A stretch of 32,000 bases of DNA from Nitrosopumilus sp. (GCA_029861345.1 JAOTZM010000002.1:7020-39019), one strand, 5' to 3'. Counted from the first letter of the stretch, positions 1 through 8,646 are shown. The notes: generated by a model not told the origin, from the sequence alone. Numbers and translations are program-made.

Positions 1-49
1 ATAAAAACAAGATTTTTTTCTGAAAATAGTTTTATCGTTTTTTCTTCCA

Positions 50-361
50 TCATTTTTCATCACGCCAAATTGTTGGTAGTTGCTCTATTTTTGTAATAAT
101 TTCAAGTGCTTTTTCATTGTCTCTTTCCTGCATAGATACTGAAAATTCATAACCTAATTGGATCGCATCAGGAGAAAGGTACTTAATCGATTTGAGGTCT
201 CTGCCTTCTATACGAATCCTCTCACCTATTGCACACATTTTCCAGTTGTCTGACATGTCCTGATGTTCTGGTCCTAAATCACTTTGAATTTGTCTTCGCC
301 AATGAGTAAGAGTCATCTTAGAGATTAGATCTGTTTTTTGACTGTAAAATACTCGCACCAT
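50..361 (-). CDS. hypothetical protein (103 aa)
   Basis: ORF track. No motif recognised. It lies 38 nt downstream of the ArsR-like gene on the same strand, so they may form an operon. Confidence 0.4.
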   Translation of the reverse strand: MVRVFYSQKTDLISKMTLTHWRRQIQSDLGPEHQDMSDNWKMCAIGERIRIEGRDLKSIKYLSPDAIQLGYEFSVSMQERDNEKALEIITKIEQLPTIWRDEK

Positions 362-399
362 GCAAGAAATATCTCGTATGAGATACTTAGGTGTACCGT

Positions 400-903
400 C
401 TATTTTTTACCAGAATTTTCAAGAACATTTGTCATGGCACGATTCATAATCTCCATTACCAAGTACTGAGAATATTCTTCTGATTTTTTGCCTTTGGATT
501 TGGAAGTTTTTGGTGCGAGACCCTTGAGAATCTTTTCGATTTTAGTTGAGGTGTTATCTATAATCTTTGAGTATTTTGAATCAAAATCCTCAGGGGCCTG
601 AAAATCTAATAGCTTAGTTGATGTACTATAGTATTTTGTAATAGCTCCACGAGACTCCTCAATTCTTACAATTTCAATTAATCCTGATGATTTTAGAATT
701 TCTAGATGGTGACGAACAGTTGTCAATGCTTTTTTGTATCCTACCTTTTTTAGCGCATTAGAAATCTGGTCAGCAGAAAGCGCTTGATGGTACAAAATTT
801 CCACAATTTTAGCCCGTGCAGGGTCTTCAATTGCACGTGCATGTTCAATACTTGTTGTAACAATACGATTTACTTTGATTGGCTTTTCTAACAATGTAGA
901 CAT
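400..903 (-). CDS. ArsR/SmtB-family winged-helix transcriptional regulator with Lys/Ser-rich C-terminal extension
   Basis: The translation contains a wHTH core (ARAKIVEILYHQALSADQISNAL...TTVRHHLEILKSSGLIEIV) typical of ArsR-like regulators. Confidence 0.7.
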   Translation of the reverse strand: MSTLLEKPIKVNRIVTTSIEHARAIEDPARAKIVEILYHQALSADQISNALKKVGYKKALTTVRHHLEILKSSGLIEIVRIEESRGAITKYYSTSTKLLDFQAPEDFDSKYSKIIDNTSTKIEKILKGLAPKTSKSKGKKSEEYSQYLVMEIMNRAMTNVLENSGKK

Positions 904-1056
904 ACTGTCATTACCTTTCTATTTGATCTAAAAGATCCCTTTATCATATTTTTTTGTCCAATCGCATTAATTTTTTTTTATTTCAATAAACATCATACCG
1001 CTATCAAAATAATGACAACTAATACAAGAAATATCATAATGTAAATACTAATTTTG

Positions 1057-1106
1057 ATACCACTACAATGAATATAGATTCAGTAGGATAGTTTTCGTAG
1101 TGGTAT
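1057..1106. repeat. perfect 10-bp inverted repeat ATACCACTAC / GTAGTGGTAT with a 30-nt spacer
   Basis: Read directly: 1057-1066 is the reverse complement of 1097-1106. It sits in the intergenic region between the purC stop and the ArsR-like gene start. Confidence 0.6.
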
Positions 1107-1252
1107 TAAAAATATTGTAAAATATTAAAAAAAGAAGATTCTGGGAAATGATGTCACCAAATGATGGAAATGGCGATAATTTTGTATGATGTTAGAAATA
1201 GAATTCGAGTTTAACATTAGCTTCTAGTCAACAACAAGTTCACAATATAGAA

Positions 1253-2077
1253 TTATAGAGAATTTCCTGCAAATTTCTCATATGCAGTGACATAACGCTG
1301 TGTCATTTTTGCAATAATTTCTTGTGGGATCTCCGGTGCAACAGGTTCGTTTCCTGCATTGCGTGCATCATCAAATTGCTTTTGATATCCATTAGCAGTT
1401 AACCAGTCACGCAATAGCTGTTTGTCATATGCCTCTTGTATTTTTCCTACCTCAAAGGAGTCTTTTGGCCACAACCGATACTCATCAGGACCAATTGAAT
1501 CACCCAAAGTAATTTGTCCATCTAATACTCCAAACTCTAATTTCAAATCAGCTAGGATGAAACCAACACTATCAGCAATCTCTGCCATCTTTTTGTAAAT
1601 AGATATAGAAGTTTTTTCTAACCATGTATACTGATCATCAGTGACTAGATTCATCTCTAGTGCTTTTGTTTTATCTATAGGAATGTCGTGCTCAGATTTT
1701 GTAGTTGGATCAAATATTGGTTCTGGGAGTTTTGCAGCCAAGATAGTATCAGTTCCTTTTGGCACTGAAACTTCTCCTTTCTTCCATCTATTTACCATAC
1801 TTCCATAGAAATAGCCTCTAACCACGCATTCTATTGGAAGCATTTTCATCTTTTTTACTATTATTTCATTATCAGATTTTGTTTTTACAAAGTGGTTTGG
1901 GACTGCCAGTTCGTTAAACCAAAACTCTGCAAACTTGCACAAAACCTTGCCTTTTTTTGGTATGTCCTCTCGGAATTTTACATCATAAGCAGATACCCTG
2001 TCAGAGAATCTAAAGACAAGTGTCCCGTCTTCAAGATCATAGATGTCTTTTACCTTTCCAGAGACTACAAACTTCAA
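1253..2077 (-). CDS. purC: phosphoribosylaminoimidazole-succinocarboxamide (SAICAR) synthase
   Basis: The N-terminus [27 protein letters not shown] matches the SAICAR synthetase signature (GKaK.vY ... DR.SAfD). The length of 274 aa is appropriate. Confidence 0.9.
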   Translation of the reverse strand: MKFVVSGKVKDIYDLEDGTLVFRFSDRVSAYDVKFREDIPKKGKVLCKFAEFWFNELAVPNHFVKTKSDNEIIVKKMKMLPIECVVRGYFYGSMVNRWKKGEVSVPKGTDTILAAKLPEPIFDPTTKSEHDIPIDKTKALEMNLVTDDQYTWLEKTSISIYKKMAEIADSVGFILADLKLEFGVLDGQITLGDSIGPDEYRLWPKDSFEVGKIQEAYDKQLLRDWLTANGYQKQFDDARNAGNEPVAPEIPQEIIAKMTQRYVTAYEKFAGNSL

Positions 2078-2384
2078 TGGAGTCTTGTTTTTTTGTCATA
2101 ATTTAACCATTTTTTATTAATACTGATGGTAATCATAGTTCAAATTTGATTGGGAGCACATTATGCATGGGGTATATAGTTAAGGATGAAATTTTCGGAC
2201 CAACGTTAGAATTTTTTCATAAACGATATTGAGGATAATTTTTACTTCAAGTGCTAGGTTTCTGAATTATTAATTCTATCAATAAGGTTCAACTCCACGG
2301 GGACTCAGCCACCATTTTGGGGATAAAATAGGACGCAGATAGGAGTGAAAATGCTTATCTGAATTGAATTCATGAAATTCTGTT

Positions 2385-3140
2385 ATGGGGTTGTTGGATA
2401 GATTTAGTCGTACGTTTGACAAGCATGGATATGACCTAGATGGTTATGACAAAAATGGGTATGATAAAAAAGGATATGATAAAAATGGTTATGATAAGGA
2501 TGGATACAACAAAAAAGGGTATGACAAGGATGGATACAACAAAAACGGGTTTAACAAAAATGGTTATGATAAAAAAGGATATGATAAAAAAGGATACAAA
2601 GACGGGTATGATGAGAATGGATTCGATTTCAAGGGTTACAATAAAGATGGGTATAACAAAAATGGTTATGATAAAAAAGGATACAATAAAAACGGGTATG
2701 ATAATCGGGGTTTTTCTATAAATGGAATTCACATCGATACAAAAATTGCTTTTAATAAAGATGGGTTTAACAAAAATGGTTATGACCTAGATGGGTTTAA
2801 CAAAAATGGTTATGATAAAAAAGGATATGATGAGAATGGGTTTAACAAAAATGGTTATGATAAAAAAGGATATGATGAGAATGGGTTTAACAAAAATGGT
2901 TATGATAAAGACGGGTATGATGAGAATGGGTATGATGAGAATGGGTATGATAGTAAGGGATATGATGAAAAGGGATATGATGAAAATAGGTATGATTTAG
3001 ACGGATATGATGAAAATGGGTATGACAGTAAGGGGTATGATGGACTAGGATATGATCACCTAGGTTACGACAAAGAAGGATACAACCAAGAAGGATACAA
3101 CAAATTCAATAAAAAGAAAAACGAAGTACACAGTGATTAA
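2385..3140 (+). CDS. tandem pentapeptide-repeat protein (about 43 x G-[YF]-[DN]-x-x), no signal peptide
   Basis: The translation is almost entirely GYDKN/GYDKK/GFNKN/GYDEN units in two blocks (20 and 23 units) separated by the linker GIHIDTKIAFNKD. The DNA has 15-nt periodicity. This is the only frame that stays open through the whole repeat with a non-repeat N-terminus and C-terminus. Confidence 0.75.
   Translation: MGLLDRFSRTFDKHGYDLDGYDKNGYDKKGYDKNGYDKDGYNKKGYDKDGYNKNGFNKNGYDKKGYDKKGYKDGYDENGFDFKGYNKDGYNKNGYDKKGYNKNGYDNRGFSINGIHIDTKIAFNKDGFNKNGYDLDGFNKNGYDKKGYDENGFNKNGYDKKGYDENGFNKNGYDKDGYDENGYDENGYDSKGYDEKGYDENRYDLDGYDENGYDSKGYDGLGYDHLGYDKEGYNQEGYNKFNKKKNEVHSD
2763..2927 (+). repeat. 45-nt higher-order tandem repeat inside the pentapeptide-repeat gene
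   Basis: Units at 2793-2837 and 2838-2882 are identical (gggtttaacaaaaatggttatgataaaaaaggatatgatgagaat). The unit at 2883-2927 differs at 3 nt. A partial 30-nt copy lies at 2763-2792. Confidence 0.9.
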
Positions 3141-3188
3141 AACAAATTTTTTGTCTGAATACATTCAACAAAAATGTGCACCTCACTA

Positions 3189-3518
3189 CTAGTCTATTTG
3201 CTGAATCTGAAGAAGATAACAGTATGCAAAAAAAATAATTTCAAATTCATTCATACTCAATATCTTTTCTCTTAATTTCAAATAATCTTCCCGATCAAGA
3301 TTTATTGTTGGAATGATAATTTCAAGTTCTTTCTTTTTATCCGAGATAAAATTAGATAATTGTTGTAGATTGTCTTGAAGTATTATCTGATATGAATACT
3401 GTTTATTGTTCTTGTAATTGTATCTGGCATAAAAGTTTGAATTTATCTTTTCAATCAATTCTTTGAGATTCTGAAATCTTCCAGCAGTGATCATATGTAA
3501 ACAAATCAACACCACCAA
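3189..3518 (-). CDS. hypothetical protein (questionable; a possible shorter form starts at TTG 3458)
   Basis: ORF track. The long form overlaps the 3' end of the MBL gene by 68 nt. An in-frame TTG at 3456-3458 would give an 8-nt operon-type overlap. No motif was recognised, and the Asn/Lys/Ile-rich composition is typical of AT-rich DNA. Confidence 0.3.
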   Translation of the reverse strand: MVVLICLHMITAGRFQNLKELIEKINSNFYARYNYKNNKQYSYQIILQDNLQQLSNFISDKKKELEIIIPTINLDREDYLKLREKILSMNEFEIIFFAYCYLLQIQQID

Positions 3519-4620
3519 GCCTGTCTATCCATTTTGGAACAACCTCATCAGCACATTGCTGTGTTATAGAATCAGCATAGATTTGGAAGACTAGCCAAGG
3601 ATTTTCAAACCCAACTTCTTGTCCTATTTCCATAAAGGAGACTTTTTGATTGGCTTTAGATGTACTTGCTTGGATGTCTTGGAAGTATTCCTTTTGGATT
3701 TGTACATCTTCAGCAGTTCCTAGACGTGTAAGATGTCCTCCAATGTATGTATCAAAATCATATTCTAGAATTTTATCGTGAGATGCAATAAACTCGGGAA
3801 CGAATTGCGCCATAGCTAAATCCTTGAATGGAGTCCATCCAGGAAATATTACATCTATTAACATCAGGACTTTTTGGTTTGGTGCATAGATGAAAATATT
3901 TCCAGGTTCATGCATTGGTCCATGATACTGTAGTTCTAGTGTTTGATTTCCAACTTCAAGTATGTATTTGTCTTCAAATGTTACAGATGGCACTGGTCGA
4001 TTAGAATCATTTCTTTTTACAAGGGTATCTGCTGCATCTTGATGGGCAATGTAAATTGCATCACTAGGAAACATACTTGCAGAACCAATGTGATCATTGT
4101 GAGTATGGCTGTAAACTACATGAGTTATTGGCTCATCAGTGACTTCTTTAATTGCTTTTAGATAGTTTGTTCCTATTGACGGGGGAGCATCGACTGCAAT
4201 TACACCTTGACCAGTTGTCAGAAACATTACCTGATATGCACCATCAGTTACCCAGTATAATCCATCTCTGATTTCCTCAACTAAGTACCCTTTTGAATAG
4301 TCAATTTGAGGTCCTCTTGCAGTTTCTGGAAGTGGGGCGGCTGTCCTCATTTTTTCGGGATGAACCTCAAACATTGAGGCTAAAACTTGTAAATTATCAG
4401 AGTCGTCAAGTATGGTTCCCCATCCACGTTCAACTAAGACTGCTGCAGTAGACGGAGTTACACAAGCAATTTTGCCTTTAGCATTCTCTAGCCAAACCTT
4501 GTCAATACAAATCTGAGTAGATTCAGCATATGCATCAAAAACAGAATTAGCAGAGATGACACCAGATATTAGAATCAACATGATTGACAGAATTAGATAA
4601 TTGAATTTCAATAACATCAA
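3451..4620 (-). CDS. exported metallo-beta-lactamase-fold hydrolase
   Basis: HxHxDH zinc motif (VVYSHTHNDHIGS). Hydrophobic N-terminal signal or anchor (LILSIMLILISGVISANS). A Cys-containing N-terminal module lies ahead of the catalytic domain. Confidence 0.8.
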   Translation of the reverse strand: MMLLKFNYLILSIMLILISGVISANSVFDAYAESTQICIDKVWLENAKGKIACVTPSTAAVLVERGWGTILDDSDNLQVLASMFEVHPEKMRTAAPLPETARGPQIDYSKGYLVEEIRDGLYWVTDGAYQVMFLTTGQGVIAVDAPPSIGTNYLKAIKEVTDEPITHVVYSHTHNDHIGSASMFPSDAIYIAHQDAADTLVKRNDSNRPVPSVTFEDKYILEVGNQTLELQYHGPMHEPGNIFIYAPNQKVLMLIDVIFPGWTPFKDLAMAQFVPEFIASHDKILEYDFDTYIGGHLTRLGTAEDVQIQKEYFQDIQASTSKANQKVSFMEIGQEVGFENPWLVFQIYADSITQQCADEVVPKWIDRLGGVDLFTYDHCWKISESQRID

Positions 4621-4651
4621 ATCATTTAGTTTTCCATTAAATAGTTTAAAA

Positions 4652-5374
4652 TCAAAGTGAACTTACGTATTCACGTAATTTTTCAGTTTTTTCTTCAACT
4701 GACAATGGCAATAGTTCTTCCATCATCAATTTCATTTCTAGTTTTTTAGCATCTTTTTCTTCATCAGATAAAGACTCCAATTGAACTTTCATTGACATAA
4801 AATGCATGATCATTTTTGCTCTATCATCAAGGGATAGTGCAAAGAATGCATCTTTTACTTCACCCCATTGTTGTTTTTTAATTTCTCTTTCCTCAGGAGT
4901 TAAATAAGAATAATGATCTTTCCATTTTTTATGAGAATCGTTATCAGAATGTTTAGAATGTTTCCAGTTATTTTTAGAAACTCCATCTGAAACATAGAGT
5001 GCTTCGCCATTTCCACCATCAACTACAACCACATGGAAAATATCATCAGATGCTAAAAGACCAATCTTGTAAACAAGGAATCCTTGAACAACATCGAGCT
5101 TGCCCCACATTGCTTTTCCATTTTCAACAGAGTTTTCAGATACTGCCATTGCAACACTTAGTGCAATTTTTGCCTCATCAGAATAATCTTGAGAATATTC
5201 AGAGACAGTAATTGAACCAGAAATTTCTGGAATTGAAAAGTGATCATATTCAGCACTAACATCAATTGGAGAAAATGAAACAATAGCAATTGCAAAAATA
5301 CTCGCTGCAATCACTACAGGTATTGTCATTTTGGTTTTAGAAATTCTAATCAAGTAATGTTTGAAAATTTTCAT
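4652..5374 (-). CDS. membrane-anchored/exported PepSY-like domain protein with helical Glu/Lys-rich C-terminus
   Basis: N-terminal TM segment (MTIPVVIAASIFAIAIVSF). The segment AKIALSVAMAVSENSVENGKAMWGKLDVVQGFLVYKIGLLASDDIFHVVVVDGGNGEALYVS fits the PepSY pattern (..lvYev.....v.vDa.tGe.l). Confidence 0.55.
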   Translation of the reverse strand: MKIFKHYLIRISKTKMTIPVVIAASIFAIAIVSFSPIDVSAEYDHFSIPEISGSITVSEYSQDYSDEAKIALSVAMAVSENSVENGKAMWGKLDVVQGFLVYKIGLLASDDIFHVVVVDGGNGEALYVSDGVSKNNWKHSKHSDNDSHKKWKDHYSYLTPEEREIKKQQWGEVKDAFFALSLDDRAKMIMHFMSMKVQLESLSDEEKDAKKLEMKLMMEELLPLSVEEKTEKLREYVSSL

Positions 5375-5516
5375 ATGTTATAAGTATCACCACAAATTTT
5401 TCCATAGTGATAATTCCAAGTAAGAAAAATGTCGGATTTATCAAGTAATCTTTTGTTTGTATGACAAATACTGAGGAAATGACACAGTTTGTGTAAAAAT
5501 AAAAAAGAAAAAATAG

Positions 5517-6791
5517 TTAGATCACTTTGAATAGTGACATCATTCCTGCTGAAATGTGGTCATTGACATGACAATGGAACATCCATGTTCCCACATTGTC
5601 TGGAATAAAGTCAACTGTCTTTAGACTAGCTGGCATTAACTCCATTACATCAACTCGCATTCCATTCCACAATACAGTATTTCCATGCCAGTGAGGTGTA
5701 TGCAAATCTACTTCAGTTCCCATTCCAATCAGATACCAACGTACATGTTCACCTTTCTGTAAAGTTTGGTCTGGCAAATTACCATAAACATATCCATTAA
5801 TTCCATGCATGAGATTACTTTCAGCGAAATCGTCGTCTCCTACTAATTCCTCATTATTACAAGTCTCGTCTGTGAATTTTTCTAAATTATCACATAGATA
5901 ATGACTAGAATTTTCATCAGAAACTGTAAACAGACTTACCATTTCTCTATCAACACCAATAGGTCTACCATTTTCATCGGCCATTCCTTTTGCAGTTACC
6001 ACCATAGGACCAACAAGTCCAGAATTGGTATCCATTGGAGAATCAACATGTGAGTGATACATCCAGATAATTGAGCTAGGATCATTTGGTCCAGGTCCAG
6101 CACGTTCTGGAACAGCCCAGACGTAAGTGTGAGTTTGTCCTGGAGCAACTATTCCATCAGATTTCTTACTTGCAGAAGTTCCATCATTGTACTCTGCACC
6201 TTCAGAGTCTTTCTCATAGAATACTCCATGGGGATGAACAGAATAATCTAGTTCCTCAGAATTATTCTTGAAAACAATTTTGATAGTATCACAAACTTCA
6301 GCATGAATCATTGGTCCTAGTGTTCCAAGATGTTTCCATTCAGAGGTTCGTGGTTTAAGTTCTGAAAATGTATCATCAGTGTATTCTTGGTACAATGCTT
6401 TGATGTATTTACTACCAATTCGGTCTGAAGTATTTTCAACAAACACATTTTCATCTTCATTAAAGTCATGTGATTTCATTAGGTTAAGGCCTGAAGGAGC
6501 ATAATCCCATTCTACTTCGTCTGCTGCAATGTAGTAGGTACGAGTTTGTCCTTCATAGCTTTTACATTCACTAGTTTGGGAAGTGGTCTGAACTGGAGCT
6601 TCTTTATGAGAAGAACTCATTGATGGTTCAGAACACAATCTATCACCACAAACCTTTTTCGAACCAGTCTCTGGTAGTCCTACTCCTTGACCTTTAGTAG
6701 CTTCACTTTCTTGAAGTAACCCTACGGATAGAGATGCAACAAGTGTTACAGATAGCACCATTAGTATAAGAGATGTTCTTGATTTAGTCAT
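5517..6791 (-). CDS. exported two-domain multicopper oxidase, ceruloplasmin/factor V-VIII A-domain-like
   Basis: Four copper-ligand motifs are present: VHPHGV, YHSHVD, HTPHWHG and HCHVNDHISAGM (HCH...H....M gives T1 Cu plus the trinuclear cluster). The domain opening TYYIAADEVEWDYAPSG and GTLGPMIHAEVCDTIKIVFKN resemble ceruloplasmin repeats. There is an N-terminal hydrophobic signal and no twin-arginine. Confidence 0.85.
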   Translation of the reverse strand: MTKSRTSLILMVLSVTLVASLSVGLLQESEATKGQGVGLPETGSKKVCGDRLCSEPSMSSSHKEAPVQTTSQTSECKSYEGQTRTYYIAADEVEWDYAPSGLNLMKSHDFNEDENVFVENTSDRIGSKYIKALYQEYTDDTFSELKPRTSEWKHLGTLGPMIHAEVCDTIKIVFKNNSEELDYSVHPHGVFYEKDSEGAEYNDGTSASKKSDGIVAPGQTHTYVWAVPERAGPGPNDPSSIIWMYHSHVDSPMDTNSGLVGPMVVTAKGMADENGRPIGVDREMVSLFTVSDENSSHYLCDNLEKFTDETCNNEELVGDDDFAESNLMHGINGYVYGNLPDQTLQKGEHVRWYLIGMGTEVDLHTPHWHGNTVLWNGMRVDVMELMPASLKTVDFIPDNVGTWMFHCHVNDHISAGMMSLFKVI

Positions 6792-7201
6792 TGTACCAAC
6801 GAAAGAAAAATTTCTTTTAAATCATAGGTACATTCTTCAAAGTTATTCTAATTTATTAGAACAAGTTTCTGAAATAATCAATCAAATAGATTCTTTGTAA
6901 ACGAAAGTGCATTTGCTCAAATCCTAAATTATTTTAAAATTGATGAGAATCCTTTCGTTGATTTCCAGATTCAAGTCTAATTCTATGACGAATTTTTATC
7001 TAAATCCAAGGAACCTCATCATTTCAAATTTCTATTGGAATTCCACTTAGCGACTGACTATTTTGAATTTGTGTAAAAATACATTTGTTTAACAATTAGT
7101 AACAATAGATTCTTCGAGTTCATTACCACATTTTTTACATTTTCCTTGCATAAAATGAGACTAGAACGATAATCTAAAACTGAAATTAATCAATTATTAG
7201 A

Positions 7202-8542
7202 TCAAACTATTCCTCCGAAAAGATCTACTCTGTAATAATCCCAATGTTCAGGATCAATCATGGTAACAAACTCTACATTCTCAGAGCCCATCTTTTTTTG
7301 AATTAAGTCACGGAGGGCAAAACTTGTCAGATATCTGTATCTTTTTGTATTTGCTGCCAATGAAAACACCTTTCTGAGTCGAGTACCTCCTCCTAGTCCC
7401 CAATAACCAAGCTTCATTGCAATTGGTTCTAAAAATATAGTATTTTCCTTTCCATAATTTTTATCTTCAATTCCTGCATACAAATGATAGTTTTCGAGTG
7501 GTCCCCCTTTTGCGTAACCGACTATAGTGTTATTATCGTCACTTAGTCTAAGGGTTGTTACAATTGTATTTGGATCTAAGATAGATTTTGCAAAACCAAA
7601 TTTTTGTAACTGTAGTGGTCGTGGTAATTCTTGGTAAATTGAGGTTAGCGTATTTATGAATTCATCAGAGCTTCTTTCCTCTAACGTATCAGTTTTTGTT
7701 TGAAATTTTTGATTTTCATACTCAAATTTAGATTCGATACGAATCTCTTCTTGACGAAGTTTCATAAATGAAAGGACAGTATCCATAAAGTTTTTTCGAA
7801 TTTCTTCAGGTAAAGCATGAAGAACACGCCTACACATTTGTGATTCATTGTTAAGAAGGGTTTCAAAAAAATTAACAGACTTTCGTACTATATAGGATTG
7901 GGGCCAAGCAAATGCATGAGCATTTTTCTTTGCTTTTTCCATTGCTACAGAAAAATCACCAATAGCATAACCTCCCATCCTATCAGCAACAGACAAAAAC
8001 CAACCTAATTCTTCATAATGAGATTGTTTTTCAGGATTGTTTCTGGTAATTTCTGAGCGTTGGAAGCATTCTTTCATTAGAGTTTCAGGTTTTTGTTTAA
8101 ATTCTCCAGTCCAGGGATATGACGTTCTCAAAATTAATGCCATTATGATTTCTATGTCAAGTCCTGCTTCATCAATTAGTTTTTTTAATTCTCTATCTAA
8201 TGAAATAAATCGTATTACACTTTCTTCGTGTGGCCTATCAACTGATTTTTGTGGATCAAAGTCGTGAAATAAAGCCGCAGTGAAAAGATATTCAATGTCG
8301 CTTTGATCTAATTTTTGTAATTTTTTCTCCCATGTGCCTGCAAGTAATGTAATGTAGGTGACCTCCAACTCATGATCTATGTTGTGATAGCCATAATAGT
8401 CTCTACCAATTCCTTGTGTTTCAAATATCTCAATGGTGTAATTTAGCATCTTGTTGTAGCATGCAATTTTTTCTATTCCAGATGATACCAGTAATTCCTG
8501 AATTTTATTTTTGAGCGGATGGTCGTTGGTAGAACCTTGCAT
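7202..8542 (-). CDS. HD-domain phosphohydrolase fused to a GNAT-like acetyltransferase domain
   Basis: The N-terminal half has the H...HD pattern (YHNIDHELEV ... TAALFHDFDP). The C-terminal part has a GNAT motif-A-like stretch (FLEPIAMKLGYWGLGGGTRLRKVF). Confidence 0.55.
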   Translation of the reverse strand: MQGSTNDHPLKNKIQELLVSSGIEKIACYNKMLNYTIEIFETQGIGRDYYGYHNIDHELEVTYITLLAGTWEKKLQKLDQSDIEYLFTAALFHDFDPQKSVDRPHEESVIRFISLDRELKKLIDEAGLDIEIIMALILRTSYPWTGEFKQKPETLMKECFQRSEITRNNPEKQSHYEELGWFLSVADRMGGYAIGDFSVAMEKAKKNAHAFAWPQSYIVRKSVNFFETLLNNESQMCRRVLHALPEEIRKNFMDTVLSFMKLRQEEIRIESKFEYENQKFQTKTDTLEERSSDEFINTLTSIYQELPRPLQLQKFGFAKSILDPNTIVTTLRLSDDNNTIVGYAKGGPLENYHLYAGIEDKNYGKENTIFLEPIAMKLGYWGLGGGTRLRKVFSLAANTKRYRYLTSFALRDLIQKKMGSENVEFVTMIDPEHWDYYRVDLFGGIV

Positions 8543-8646
8543 GACTATTTTTATAAACTAATTTTTTAATTAAATATACTGATTTTCAGCGCTGATTTTT
8601 GTAATCCTGTTTCAAATACGTTAATTATATATTCAAATCGTTAATC

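Noticed and set aside
2266-2320. tRNA-like 3' fragment (GGTTCAACTCC...GCCACCA) upstream of the repeat gene, considered as a tRNA or att remnant.
   Set aside because: No complementary T-stem, acceptor stem or upstream D/anticodon arms could be paired. The resemblance is limited to a T-loop-like heptamer and a CCA.
2436-3000. Three extra ORFs inside the pentapeptide-repeat gene (2436-2732 minus, 2440-2721 plus, 2791-3000 plus).
   Set aside because: They are alternative-frame or antisense read-throughs of the 15-nt periodic DNA (poly-MVMIKK / IIPVFIV products). They are repeat artefacts. Only the 2385-3140 frame has non-repeat termini and spans the whole array.
5517-6791. Tat-dependent export of the multicopper oxidase, given tatC/tatA in the same window.
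   Set aside because: The N-terminus (MTKSRTSLILMVL...) lacks the twin-arginine consensus. The tat genes are 15 kb away, so the sequence supports no linkage.
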